Of a DNA stretch of 64,000 nt, positions 39,566-50,328 are shown one piece after another. The stretch covers positions 208,489 to 272,488 of the forward strand of contig CAWIHH010000004.1 of the NCBI GenBank assembly GCA_963835925.1. Direction: 5' to 3'. A program made the position numbers and the translations under genes. Within the stretch, counting starts at the first letter, position 1. Every line of letters starts with the position of its first letter. The notes under the pieces were generated by a model. It ran no database searches and was not told where the DNA came from. It was given only the letters and a program-made list of their open reading frames with translations. This DNA is from Candidatus Bathyarchaeota archaeon. Lineage in GTDB: Archaea > Thermoproteota > Bathyarchaeia > 40CM-2-53-6.

Positions 39566-40519
39566 TCATTTGAGCTTGAAGAGCTTCACGGCATTCTCGC
39601 CCAAGATCATCTTCTTTTCTTCTTCCGGGATATTGACTCCATTAATATTCTCGATGATTCTCGGTGTGTTTCCCCAAGGGAAGTCGGTGCTGAATAGCAT
39701 ATGTTCAGAACCGTAGAACCCCTGAGAAAGCACCATCGCCGGTTTCCACATTCCCTCAGCAGTATCTACGTAGAACATTTTCATGTATTCCATCGGAGTC
39801 TTTCTCAGCGGAGGAGGAGGTTCCCCCTCTTTTCCCTGACCCATTACGAAACCGTTGATGCGCCCCGCCATCAATGGTATCAGAGTACCCATGTGATGCG
39901 TGATGATTTTCAGATCCGGATGCCTTTCCAATACGCCTCCTCTGAAAATACGGAACATTGCAAGGGCTGTCTCTATGCCCCAGCCCATCATCATGTTGAG
40001 ATTAAACTCGTTCATCCAATCGTAGGTCTTTCTCAAGTACGCGGGATGTATCCACACCGCGCCGCCGAGCTGGCAAAGCTTACTGTAGAACTGATCGAAC
40101 TCCGGGGAGTCAAGCGGCTTGCCCCTAACGTTCGAAAGCACCTGAACTCCCAAGAGACCCAAGTCCTTCACTGACCTTTCGAGTTCATTGATCGCCTCAC
40201 CTACGTCAAGGAGCGAGACGGTCGCTATCCCTGCGAAACGACCTTGAGACTGCTCGACGAGCCTCGAAATACCATTATTCGCAGACCTCGTTATCCTACT
40301 TAATGCCTCCGTGGTAACATCGAGATCATCAAGAGTTGGCAATGGGAGCGATAAGATTTGGACATCGACCCGGTACTTGTCCATCAGACTAAGACGATAT
40401 TGCAAATCCGTGATTCCCCTCAATGTTAAGGAGTTGTGGGTTACTTCATTTGGCACAGACTTCGGAAGAGCCTCTAGGTATTCCTTTGGATAGAAATGGT
40501 TGAAAACATCAATGATCAA
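39566..40519 (-). CDS. Amidohydrolase_2 family protein (ACMSD/aromatic decarboxylase-like)
   Basis: IDVFNH, VWIHP, ITHHMG, FYVDT, FSTDFP, ILGENA. Confidence 0.88.
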   Translation of the reverse strand: MIIDVFNHFYPKEYLEALPKSVPNEVTHNSLTLRGITDLQYRLSLMDKYRVDVQILSLPLPTLDDLDVTTEALSRITRSANNGISRLVEQSQGRFAGIATVSLLDVGEAINELERSVKDLGLLGVQVLSNVRGKPLDSPEFDQFYSKLCQLGGAVWIHPAYLRKTYDWMNEFNLNMMMGWGIETALAMFRIFRGGVLERHPDLKIITHHMGTLIPLMAGRINGFVMGQGKEGEPPPPLRKTPMEYMKMFYVDTAEGMWKPAMVLSQGFYGSEHMLFSTDFPWGNTPRIIENINGVNIPEEEKKMILGENAVKLFKLK

Positions 40520-40853
40520 GGTCGAGTTCCCTCATACCCACGTTTTCGCAACGAGGATATTATTGATGCCGGATTAGCACGCTTATCAAAAAGTACGTAG
40601 AAACATTTCAAATGCAAAGAGAAAGTGCGACGTTTCTCTCGATTTAGCGAAGCCTACCTACCAGCATTTAATGAATTTACGAGCTACCTTCAAAATCATG
40701 AGTCTATTGTCTGCTTCAAGGAATTTGGTTTCCGTTGGCCTTATCTCAGTCTAACCTTGTCTTGAGTACATCTAATTGCAGTCTGCCGAGGCGGACTGTT
40801 GAATTCAAGTAAGCCTTTTTCTAAGTCGTGCATATGGAGTTGAGTGAGTTGAA

Positions 40854-41285
40854 TTGGTGTCCGTAATCCTAACTGAGACGATAAAAGTGCCCATCGAAAG
40901 AGTGTTCAGTTTCATAAGCGATTTTGAAAAAGCCCCACAATATTCGAACTATTGGAAATCGGTTAAGCTGATGGAACGTGAGGGCAATTCGGCGACTTAC
41001 GAAACCGTCGCTGAAGCCGAAGGCAGAAAGATGAACTCCACAACGAAAATCACCGCCCTACCCAGCCAAAAATTAGAGACAGAAACCGTTGATGGCGATG
41101 GAAAAGGAACCAGAATGAATTTCACGCTATCAGGCGTACCCGAAGGTACTCAGGTCGTCCTTCAAGGGGATATAGTGCTGCCTGGCTTCGCCAAATTGCT
41201 GGGCGGTATCGTTAAGGGAAAAATCGAATCAGGAATGCGTGAAGAGCTTCTAATCATGAAGAAAGCTCTCGAAAGACCTAGCTGA
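40854..41285 (+). CDS. SRPBCC/polyketide cyclase family protein
   Basis: IKVPIERVFSFISDFEKAPQY N-terminal signature. Confidence 0.8.
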   Translation: MVSVILTETIKVPIERVFSFISDFEKAPQYSNYWKSVKLMEREGNSATYETVAEAEGRKMNSTTKITALPSQKLETETVDGDGKGTRMNFTLSGVPEGTQVVLQGDIVLPGFAKLLGGIVKGKIESGMREELLIMKKALERPS

Positions 41286-41548
41286 GAAGAAATAGATCAG
41301 AAGTCGCTGCATGATTTACCATTGTAATCTGCTGAGTTTGAGAAAGAAAGAAGATTCGGGTTCTACTGACAGGCGTATGAAAGTACGCCAAGATAGCTGT
41401 CCCTGGATCCAGGACGCTCACGGTTGAAATACTTGTGAAATTCAGCTTCAGATAGGGTAGCGGATTTCAGCTATGGTCGGTATCTTGGGTCAATGCATGA
41501 ATGAAACCGACAGGCACCTGTGCAAACAAACGGAGAGGCGTCTTCGAG

Positions 41549-41965
41549 TTACTTTTCGAGTAGGCTGCTGAAGAAGTCGTGGTGTTCCTCTTCTGCCTCT
41601 TCTATCTCTTCAAAGATCTCTTTTGTAGCAACGTCTCCTTCCTTCTCCGACAGCGCTATTATCTCCTTGTACATGTTGATCGCTTCCAATTCCGCCTTGA
41701 TATCAAAGCTAATCATTTCCTCAAGTTTCTCGCCCACGGAGATCAGGCTGGGTTTAATTGTAGGTTTTCCGCCCAAGTACCAAAGTCTTTCAGCAATTTT
41801 CTCTGCATGCTTCATTTCCGCAACAGCAATCGCTTTGAATTCTTCGCTGACTGCGAAATGCTCTACACCTTTCCGTTGAACATGCTGCCACATGTATTGA
41901 ATTGAAACCTGAAGCTCTCTGGCAACGGCTTGGTTCAGCATATCTAAAAGTTTCGCAGATGCCAC
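41549..41965 (-). CDS. Ferritin-like / bacterioferritin-like protein
   Basis: ELQVSIQY, EMKHAE.IAER, E..A...Y, EEEH ferroxidase ligands. Confidence 0.9.
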   Translation of the reverse strand: MASAKLLDMLNQAVARELQVSIQYMWQHVQRKGVEHFAVSEEFKAIAVAEMKHAEKIAERLWYLGGKPTIKPSLISVGEKLEEMISFDIKAELEAINMYKEIIALSEKEGDVATKEIFEEIEEAEEEHHDFFSSLLEK

Positions 41966-42181
41966 GATTAACGAACACCTTACTAGAGATCAAGCTGCCC
42001 ACGGATATAATTTCTACGCATGCTTGGGCCGTTGAAAGTCATGACGCGTCATGAAGGGAATAGCAACAGCCCGTGTGGAATCCCCATTTACGGATTAGGT
42101 AAGTAGGTATAATCTGTGAATTGTGAGAATGTGTAGTGATAATTGTTAAATGTCTACTTCAAGCGTAAGGCGGGATTAGCT

Positions 42182-43170
42182 TTGAAAGTGCTCATTCTTT
42201 CCCCGCTGCCTGAGGGTTTAGTTAGGTCGCTGTTTGCGGAAAACTTAGCAAAGTACAAACTCGACATTGATTTCGTCACGATCAACGAGTTCAACCTTGA
42301 GGCCCTAAAGGGTGAGCTCCAAGATACGGATATCGTGGTGGGCGATTACACGTTCAAGATACCGATAACCTCGGAAATGTGTGAAGCCATGACCAAGGTG
42401 AAACTCATACAGCAACCCAGCACTGGGTACGATCATATAGACATCAAAGCATGCACGATGAAAAAGATTCCCGTCGCAAACATAGGTGGAGCGAACGCGA
42501 TTTCGGTCGCTGAACATACCATAGCATTAGCCTTGATGCTACTGAAACGAATCATATACGCCCATCAAAAAATCTTGGAAGGCACTTGGACTCAGGAAGA
42601 GCTACTCAACGTAATCTCTGAACTGAATGAGAAGACATGGGGCATTATAGGTCTCGGCCGCATCGGTCGAGAGGTAGCAACTCGCGCAAAATCACTAGGC
42701 GCCCGAGTACTATACTACGATGTCAAAAGGCTCTCCGAAGATGAAGAGAGAAAGATCGGAGGTTCTTTCCGTCCACTTCAGAGGCTTCTTTCAGAATGTG
42801 ATGTCGTGAGCATACACGCTCCACTAACGGAAGCAAACAGAGGGATGATTGGGGAGAAAGAGTTCCGCATGATGAGACCGTCATCCTTCTTCATAAACCC
42901 CTCACGGGGGGAACTGACCGATGAAGTGGCTTTGGCAAAGGCACTAGGCGAAGGTTGGATTGGAGGTGCAGGAGTGGATGTTTTCAGCAAAGAGCCCCCT
43001 GACAATAACCATCCACTGATCTCAGCAGCAAGAGATGGCGTTAACATTGTTCTCACCCCACATATTGCCGGGGCAACGAGTGACGCACGTACCGCATAAT
43101 TCAAGTCACGGTCGAAAATGTCCTGCGAGTTTTGCTTGGACAAAGACCCCAGAATGTTGTAAACCTATGA
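42182..43170 (+). CDS. D-2-hydroxyacid dehydrogenase (frameshift ~43090)
   Basis: GYDHID, GIIGLGRIG, INPSRG, DVF..EP, TPHIAG; C-terminus ...ENVLRVLLGQRPQNVVNL* in a shifted frame. Confidence 0.9.
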
Positions 43171-44819
43171 ACGTCGCCCAAGCAACAGTAGCGTGTCTAG
43201 AACAGCTGGGAGTAAGTCGTGCGTACGGCCTAATTGGCACCTCGATACTCGATCTCGTAGATGCGACCAAAGAAAGTAAGATCAGATATATCTCAACTAG
43301 GCACGAGCAAGTCGCCGTAAGCATGGCAGACGCGGAGGGCAGACTTACAGGAAACCCCGGCGTCGCCTTCATTCATGGTGGACCCGGCTTTCTCAATTCG
43401 TTGATCAGCGTCGCCAACACGTACAAGGACTCCTCCCCGTTGTTCATGATCGCAGGAGCTGTCAAGCGAAGACTCTCCGGCATGAATTCATTGCTAGAAG
43501 TCCCGCAGCTCGACATCATCAAACCGTTAGTGAAGACTGCACTTCGCATCGACAAAGCCTCCGAAACAGACAAGCTGATCGGTCAGGCTTTTTCTGCTGC
43601 CATATCGGCTCCAAAGGGGCCGGTCTTCGTCGAAGTGCCTGAAGACGTGTGGCTGCTTGAAGGCGCTAGCACTCGGAATGTTAGGGTGGAAACCAAATCC
43701 GTGCCTGAGATCAGTCGCGATGACATCAGAAAGGTAGGCGAACTCTTACGTTATTCGCAGAAACCTATGATGCTCGTTGGGGGCGGGTTGAATTACTCAA
43801 AGGGCTCAGAAATTCTAACAAGGTTTGTTGAGAAGCTTCAGATACCCGTTGCAACTACGGGGAACGGGCGTGGCGTACTGCCTGAAGACAACCCCCTGTC
43901 GCTGGGCAGAATCGGTTTCGGAGGAGGAAACACAATCGCTGACTCAGCTTTGGAAGAAGCGGATCTAGTGATGGCGATCGGCGCGGGGATCTCTGATGTT
44001 ACGACTTATGGGTACAACGTGCTTCCGAAAGGAGAAGTTGTAGTCGTTGATCTCGACCCACTTGCGAAGAACAAACCGGTCCCGTACAGTATGCATCTGT
44101 ACGGAGACGCGGCCTCTTTCCTAAACCAACTGAGTGAATCAGAGATCTCACAAACATCCAATCAAGAATGGTACAGATTCATCGAGAAGAAGCGCGAGTC
44201 ATGGAGCACATTACTTGAAGGAGCGTTGGCGTGGAATCCGAAAGGATACGTCAACGCATCCAAGTTCTTCAAAATGCTTGACTCCAAATTACCAAAGGAC
44301 TCGCTAATCACTTCCGGTCAGGGGTTCCATATTTTGTACACCTGTGCATTTCTGAAGATCAGAAGATACGGATCCTTCCTCGCAGCAACTAATCTGGGCG
44401 CCATGGGTTTCGCATTTCCCGCAGCACTCGGAGCAAAGGTGGTTCAGCCGGAGCGAGAGGTAATTGCTGTCCTTGGTGACGGCGAATTCCTAATGACATT
44501 ACAGGATCTTGAAACTGCAGTAAGAGAGAAGATCGTTATCAAAATTGTAGTTGTCAACGACAATTCATACAAAGTCCTCTTGATGCGACAGAAGATCCAG
44601 AAGATGGGACGTGTGTTCGGAACCCTGCATAGTAACCCAGACATGACCAAGCTAGCCGACGCCTTTGGAGCGGAGTCAATGATAGTAAGAGATGATTCCC
44701 AGATCGAGGCCGCCGTAAACTTTGTGCTAGCGAAGAGCGAGAAACCAAGAATCGTCGAGCTAAAAGTCAGCCCAGAAGATATACCACCCTTCAACATGAA
44801 CGCCTCACTCAAATTCTAG
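43167..44819 (+). CDS. Thiamine pyrophosphate-binding protein (acetolactate synthase-like)
   Basis: RHEQVA, GPG, GAMGF, GDGEF...NDN TPP motif; ATGA overlap with the upstream gene. Confidence 0.92.
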   Translation: MNVAQATVACLEQLGVSRAYGLIGTSILDLVDATKESKIRYISTRHEQVAVSMADAEGRLTGNPGVAFIHGGPGFLNSLISVANTYKDSSPLFMIAGAVKRRLSGMNSLLEVPQLDIIKPLVKTALRIDKASETDKLIGQAFSAAISAPKGPVFVEVPEDVWLLEGASTRNVRVETKSVPEISRDDIRKVGELLRYSQKPMMLVGGGLNYSKGSEILTRFVEKLQIPVATTGNGRGVLPEDNPLSLGRIGFGGGNTIADSALEEADLVMAIGAGISDVTTYGYNVLPKGEVVVVDLDPLAKNKPVPYSMHLYGDAASFLNQLSESEISQTSNQEWYRFIEKKRESWSTLLEGALAWNPKGYVNASKFFKMLDSKLPKDSLITSGQGFHILYTCAFLKIRRYGSFLAATNLGAMGFAFPAALGAKVVQPEREVIAVLGDGEFLMTLQDLETAVREKIVIKIVVVNDNSYKVLLMRQKIQKMGRVFGTLHSNPDMTKLADAFGAESMIVRDDSQIEAAVNFVLAKSEKPRIVELKVSPEDIPPFNMNASLKF

Positions 44820-45156
44820 ATCGTGGAAGCTCGCTTGAATTCACAAGTTAACGGTTACATAGTTGTGAAGGCAAAAGCTGAACGCGTCACGCAGGCGATT
44901 GCAACCATCCATTCGGCATTCGGGTTGAGAAACGGCCCTTCGATTGGGACTTATCCAGACAAAGCTAACAACGACAGCCAGGAATTGAACTTACTGCATG
45001 TTGATATTGAAGACACGCTATACAAACTCCGACAGATCCCGCGGCGTTTGCGTTTGCCGCTGTATTCTACCCGAAAAGTAGCGGATTCGGAAGTGCAGAG
45101 AAGCTAGCGCTTCAAGGATTGAACGCAGGCTTCCAGAATTCGCTCGGTTTTCCACT

Positions 45157-48100
45157 TCAAGAGAAGTTGACATCTAGCGTGAAAGGCTCACGGTAGTTGA
45201 ATGAGTTCGCACCATAAAGGGTGTCATGAAGCACGACCAGGTAAATTCCTGGAACTATTTGCTCGGCGGAAATATCTTGCTCTGGTCCACCTGTATTTGT
45301 ACGCCAATCGAACTTACCATTACCAACATTTGTTGTGGTGGGGTAATCTGAGGAAGCGAGCAAGTAACCTGTCGGGCCAGTGAGATGGGCCTGAATATCA
45401 GTGTCATTATCTGACCATGTTAAGCTGAAGCTGAGCTTGTGAACCCCACTGGGGACAACCAAAACAAATGTACGCCAGTCGCCCGCTTCGTATCGCCAAC
45501 TCCAATCGAAGGCACCATAGACCGCAAAATTCTCATAAGGAGTACCTGGATCTCTTTCTTCATAACGTCCTGGTGCAGTTATTGGGACATCAACTGAGAC
45601 AGGTACAACGCTCTGTGAACCCCCGTCTTTTACTGTGATAATTCCGTCATAAACTCCAGGAGCCGCAGAGTTTGGAACCGTAATGGAAGCGCTAAGCCTG
45701 CTTCCCTCTACGCTAAGGTTGGTGATCCACTTCCACGGTACCTTTTGATAGAATCGTACCGCCAAGTCGAAGGGAATAGATTTGGAACCCGTTTCCAAGA
45801 GAACTCTCACCTCGGGCGTGCCCGTGAACTTGTCGAGAGGTTTGCTTACAACTAGTTCGGAGGTAGTACTGGAAGGAGCACCGCTAGTTATCCGGATAAT
45901 AGAGCCGTCTGGAAGCACATTGTATAATTGTGCATAAAGTAAATCCTTGATATCGAATGATGACACGTTTATAAAATCCGAAAAGCGGTAGAGCAGAGTA
46001 ACTTTCATCAGGTCCGTTCCAGTAGGAATGACAGTTTTAGGAATGGTAACCCAAGTCACGTTACCTGTCGTCGAATTACGATATTCTCGTTCTCCTGTAA
46101 GCTGGAACACGGATGATTGCGCTTGTGGATTCAAAGCGTGTGATAGGTCGAAGGAGGCGGAGGCGGAACTTCCCGGACTTACCACACCAGCGAACCAGTT
46201 TGCAGCATTCATTGACTCATCCGGCAATGCGCTTTGAATGTTAAGTCCCCACGAATTCTCGATTAGTGTGCGGGAAGAGTTCCAAGTGTTCGTTGACTGC
46301 AAATAGAATCGGTCTGGGAATCTTGAATCTTTTTCTTCAGCAGCTGCCGCGACAGCAGCGTAGACGTCTACACGTCCGGATCCCTGTGTAAATGGATCAT
46401 AGTCCAAGTCATCGGCCGTGCTCGCCAGTATCGACTTCGTCAAGTCGGGTCTAGGTGTTTGGCCACCATGAGTATCTCGGTATTCTTCAATTAGCAGCGC
46501 AATAGCGCCTGCAGTTACTGGCGTTGCCATGCTAGTGCCGCCGAACAGATCGTAGGCTTTTGTTCCGTTACCGTAACCGCTAATGGTATATTGATCTGTG
46601 AAACCGTCCGCTCCTACGTCAACAACGTCTGGCTTAGGCTCACCCAAGGAGGTAGGACCGCGAGCGCTCCAGGGTACGACTTCATCATAGCTCCCTGGCA
46701 ATTCATTTTTCAAGGTGAGGGCAGGTTGGGCTCGGTACTGCGAAATTTGTGGAGGCCCCGACCGTAATCGCAAGAGTGGATGCCCCGGGGGATGTTGTCG
46801 TTCCGTATCCGAAGCCACCGTTACCTCCTGCCATTAACATGACAGTGCCAGGGTAAGCTGGATCCAAGTAGTGAGGAAGAGCGAACGCGTCCGCCAGTTC
46901 ACTCGTATAGTCGGGACCAAAGGTTGAACCCGAATCCCAAATCGGATCCGAGTCTCCCCAACTGTTGCTGATAATGTCTGCTCGGTGATTTCCAGTATAG
47001 TGAAAAGTGAAGTCTATGGCATTCCAATCGAAACCTGCCGCGTAGTACCATGCGAGTGTTGATTCGCCTAACCAGAGCGCCTTCACTCCTATCACCTTCG
47101 CTTCAGGAGCGATGCCCGGTAGCGAAATCAAGGTGCCGTTTTGATAGATGTCGCGTTCCAGTAGACCACGAGAGGCTGCGTTTGCGGCGGTGTTTGTGCC
47201 GTGACTTTCAAAGTCGAAGAAGACGTTAACGAAATTGCCATCTGGATCGATCGGGGGAAGAAGGGAGAAGTAACGCCCGGTTCTCCCGCTCAGATCAATA
47301 CCGAAGGCTAGTATTCCTGCGCTAAAATCCGAAACGCCGTCGCCATTTGCGTCAAAGGTGATAAAGTCACTTCCTCCTACTCTATGTGGCGTTTCATCTG
47401 CGAAACTGTGATCGTTCCAGGACGCATTCGGTTCGGGCCATAGAAGGCCAAGGTGCAGCAGATCCGTCGCAGGTGAAACTAAATTGTTCAATCTCTGCCG
47501 ATAGGTTTCGAGGAAATTGTAGTACGCTGTAGACATGTCTACCACAACGGTATCGTAGACATTCGCCACAACAGAATCCACAACCACCAGAGGGAAGTTG
47601 ATGGTCACAGTATCGCCGGAGATTACTTCTTGAATTGCTTCTCGAAGGATTCCGAAGTGATAATTCCCGGATTTTGAGACTACCGTCGGCGCTCCATAAT
47701 CATAATTCAACTTCACTGTTTGCACAGTTTGATTCGCTGTCGCGGTGTTTGTGTAGCTCGCGGCGTTCCAGACGTCGACTGACAGTCCTGAAGTTTTCAG
47801 AACATTCCCCACTTTGTGAACAACGAGACTGGTTATCACAAATCCTTGTCCGTCTGCATCAAAGGAAATCGCCTGGCCTAAACTATTTCTAGCGACGGCT
47901 TGCTGGAGATCTGGAATGGTGAAGTCCGTCCCGGTATCAACGATCGCAATGGTAACTCCTTTACCAGTGACCCCGAGCTGATTCACGCGATCTGCTCCAA
48001 TAATTTGTCTCACTCGGTACATGTCAGTTGCAAGCTTTTGGGAATAGACACCCTCATCGGGCTTCATTCGGTCGAACCCGATTTGCACGTCCGGAAAGAC

Positions 48101-48457
48101 GTATGACACTCCTTCCCTGGCTCCGAGTGAGAGGAGTGCGGCTCTCCTTATTTCCCCGTACACTAGGATCGGCGCATTCGATGGACCGAGAGGGTACTTG
48201 CTAGAAAAAAGGCCGTCGAGCGTCGACATCCCGTACCCTGGTTTAAGGGCTACAAGAACGTAGACCGAATCACCGTCAACGTGAAGACTAGAGTCAGTTT
48301 TCCCCGTGATGTAGCTTGCAAGAAGCGGCTGGAATTTCGAGATAGTTGATTCTGCCCCCAGCGATGAAGTTGCACTTATGGTGGACCCAAGAAATATCAC
48401 CAAAACCAGTACGCCAAGAGCATTGGTTAAACTCAAGGAGACCTGAATGTCGTCCAT
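45157..48457 (-). CDS. Large secreted S8 (subtilisin) serine peptidase (frameshift ~46745)
   Basis: Catalytic IVDTG, HGT, AGGNGG and GGTSMATP; N-terminal hydrophobic signal. Confidence 0.88.
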
Positions 48458-48529
48458 CTCTTGAGTATTTCAAGCTTATTTTGGACTCTTGGGAAGGGTT
48501 CAGTCTTCTCTTTTGTCTTCCGAATGGTT

Positions 48530-48784
48530 CTAAACGGTTGGACATCTCAGCCGTGCGTAGATAATGAAGCGTTTTTCACGCCGAGCTGCTGGGCGTGGGA
48601 GCGTGTGTAGCACCATCAAACCCAACAGATGACAACACCACCCAACAAAACCAAGCGTCACAAAAATGATAACGGAAGGTGACATGATTTTCTCGGCCAA
48701 CCTTTGCTCATCGTTCTCTGCCCTAAGAACCGTTTCCACCGTTCCATTGGCGCGTCTAATCTCGCCTATGAGCACTCGATACAT
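48530..48784 (-). CDS. Small hypothetical membrane protein
   Basis: One hydrophobic segment followed by basic residues; weak evidence. Confidence 0.3.
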   Translation of the reverse strand: MYRVLIGEIRRANGTVETVLRAENDEQRLAEKIMSPSVIIFVTLGFVGWCCHLLGLMVLHTLPRPAARREKRFIIYARLRCPTV

Positions 48785-49263
48785 TGCTTAGAGATTCGGT
48801 TAACTTGGCCTGCAAACGTGGAGACATCCTCCAGAACGTCCTCACTAGATATCTCTATTTTCTAACGCCAAGATTCCCATTGCGATATTCTTCGCGGAGT
48901 CCGCCATCTCCTCCAAAGTCTTGGAAACCACTCTCTTGCCCAGAATGTGAAAACGTTCACACAGTGGTCTGAAAGAAGCGCTGCCTGACCCTGGGTAACA
49001 TGGCGCTCTTAGTTTTGGACCAGAAGACATGGTCCACACACCCATTCCTCAGGCAAGACGTGTGTGTAGGCGCGGGGGAGGGGATTTCAGCCTCGGTTTA
49101 CCGTAACATGGAAGCGCGCGTTGAGGGTTTAGCCGCAATCTTTCCACGTACATAATGCGTTGCCCGGACCAAGATCCACGTACCTTCAGAGCAAACAAGG
49201 TTTCACGGACTTGTATCTCGCTTGCGCAGACTGCTATCAATTGTGGGCTATCCAATTTGTGTA

Positions 49264-49890
49264 CTATTGTGTGGATAGGGTAATCTGAGTGACGATTCGG
49301 CCATCGCCGATATCGCATTTGGAAAGTGAATCTCCTGGTCCACATGTCATTCCATATATGGTCGGCGCCCCCATGCCCACAACGTAGATGTCCCCTGTCG
49401 CTTGATCGTAGTCAAGCAGGACTCGGGGAACAGGGTTACGGGCTGGTCCTCCGATAACGGCGCCGTTGTGAACGAAATCATAAACCGAACCATGGCAGGG
49501 GCAGTAGCCTTGGGGCTTATTGATTGCGAATGTATAGGTGCAACCTTGGTGCTGACATATCCTGCTAAAGGCAACAATATCACCATCGGGCCCGATGCCG
49601 TTGCTCGCCTTCACACCGAGCTTCACTATGATATTCGATGAGCCCACTGTTGGATAATCAAAAACGAGAGGAGTCAGCAACTGTACCGATTTTACATTTG
49701 TCGCCAACAGTCTAGGCCATGCAGCCCCCCCGGTATCTGTAACAGCTACCGGACCCGCCGCAGGGGTCTCAGGACTGCCCGTAAAGAGTTTCAGCATGCT
49801 AACTGCCACACCTGCGATCACTAAGATTCCAGCGCCGATAATTATCTTCAGGGCGTTCCTTCTACCCTTCTGCTTCGTTTCGGAAGCCAA
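49264..49890 (-). CDS. Tat-signal Rieske [2Fe-2S] protein (AioB/SoxL-like)
   Basis: GRRNALK plus TM; GIGPDGDIVAFSRICQHQGC; CPCHGSVYD. Confidence 0.9.
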   Translation of the reverse strand: MASETKQKGRRNALKIIIGAGILVIAGVAVSMLKLFTGSPETPAAGPVAVTDTGGAAWPRLLATNVKSVQLLTPLVFDYPTVGSSNIIVKLGVKASNGIGPDGDIVAFSRICQHQGCTYTFAINKPQGYCPCHGSVYDFVHNGAVIGGPARNPVPRVLLDYDQATGDIYVVGMGAPTIYGMTCGPGDSLSKCDIGDGRIVTQITLSTQ

Positions 49891-50328
49891 CAGAAACCAA
49901 CTGGTAAAATGATCCGGCCACTTTTATTTCAATCTTGGCAGGCGATCGTAAGTACCTACTCCATACACAATCGAAAGGACCCTCTTGGATCTGTGAGAAC
50001 GTGCAGAGCCGTCTAGCGCATTGTGCCCTGAACCACCTATACCAATATGGTCAGTTAAGATTTTTCTGAACAGAGTGAGACTAGAGTAGCGGATTTCATT
50101 GATAGAAAGGAGTTCCCGAAGGACAAAAGCCTGCGAGAATTGCAACCCTTCTTTCTGACGGCCAACTTCACGTTGTTCCCGTCACCTGAATTCGAAGACA
50201 TGCTCATCTAATTTGGAGTCACCTTTGTAGCTACATCAAATCTCTGCGTTTCGCTATTTCGTTTGGTCTCATTGATGATCGTGGTTGTGTTGGTAGTGTG
50301 ATGTAGAGGTTGGACCTGTCTTGGAGTT

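Noticed and set aside
48784-49345. Several short overlapping ORFs, one with CPEC
   Set aside because: Conflicting frames and no clear family signature
49264-49890. Arsenite oxidase operon
   Set aside because: No aioA is adjacent, and none of the four Mo-enzymes show AioA features
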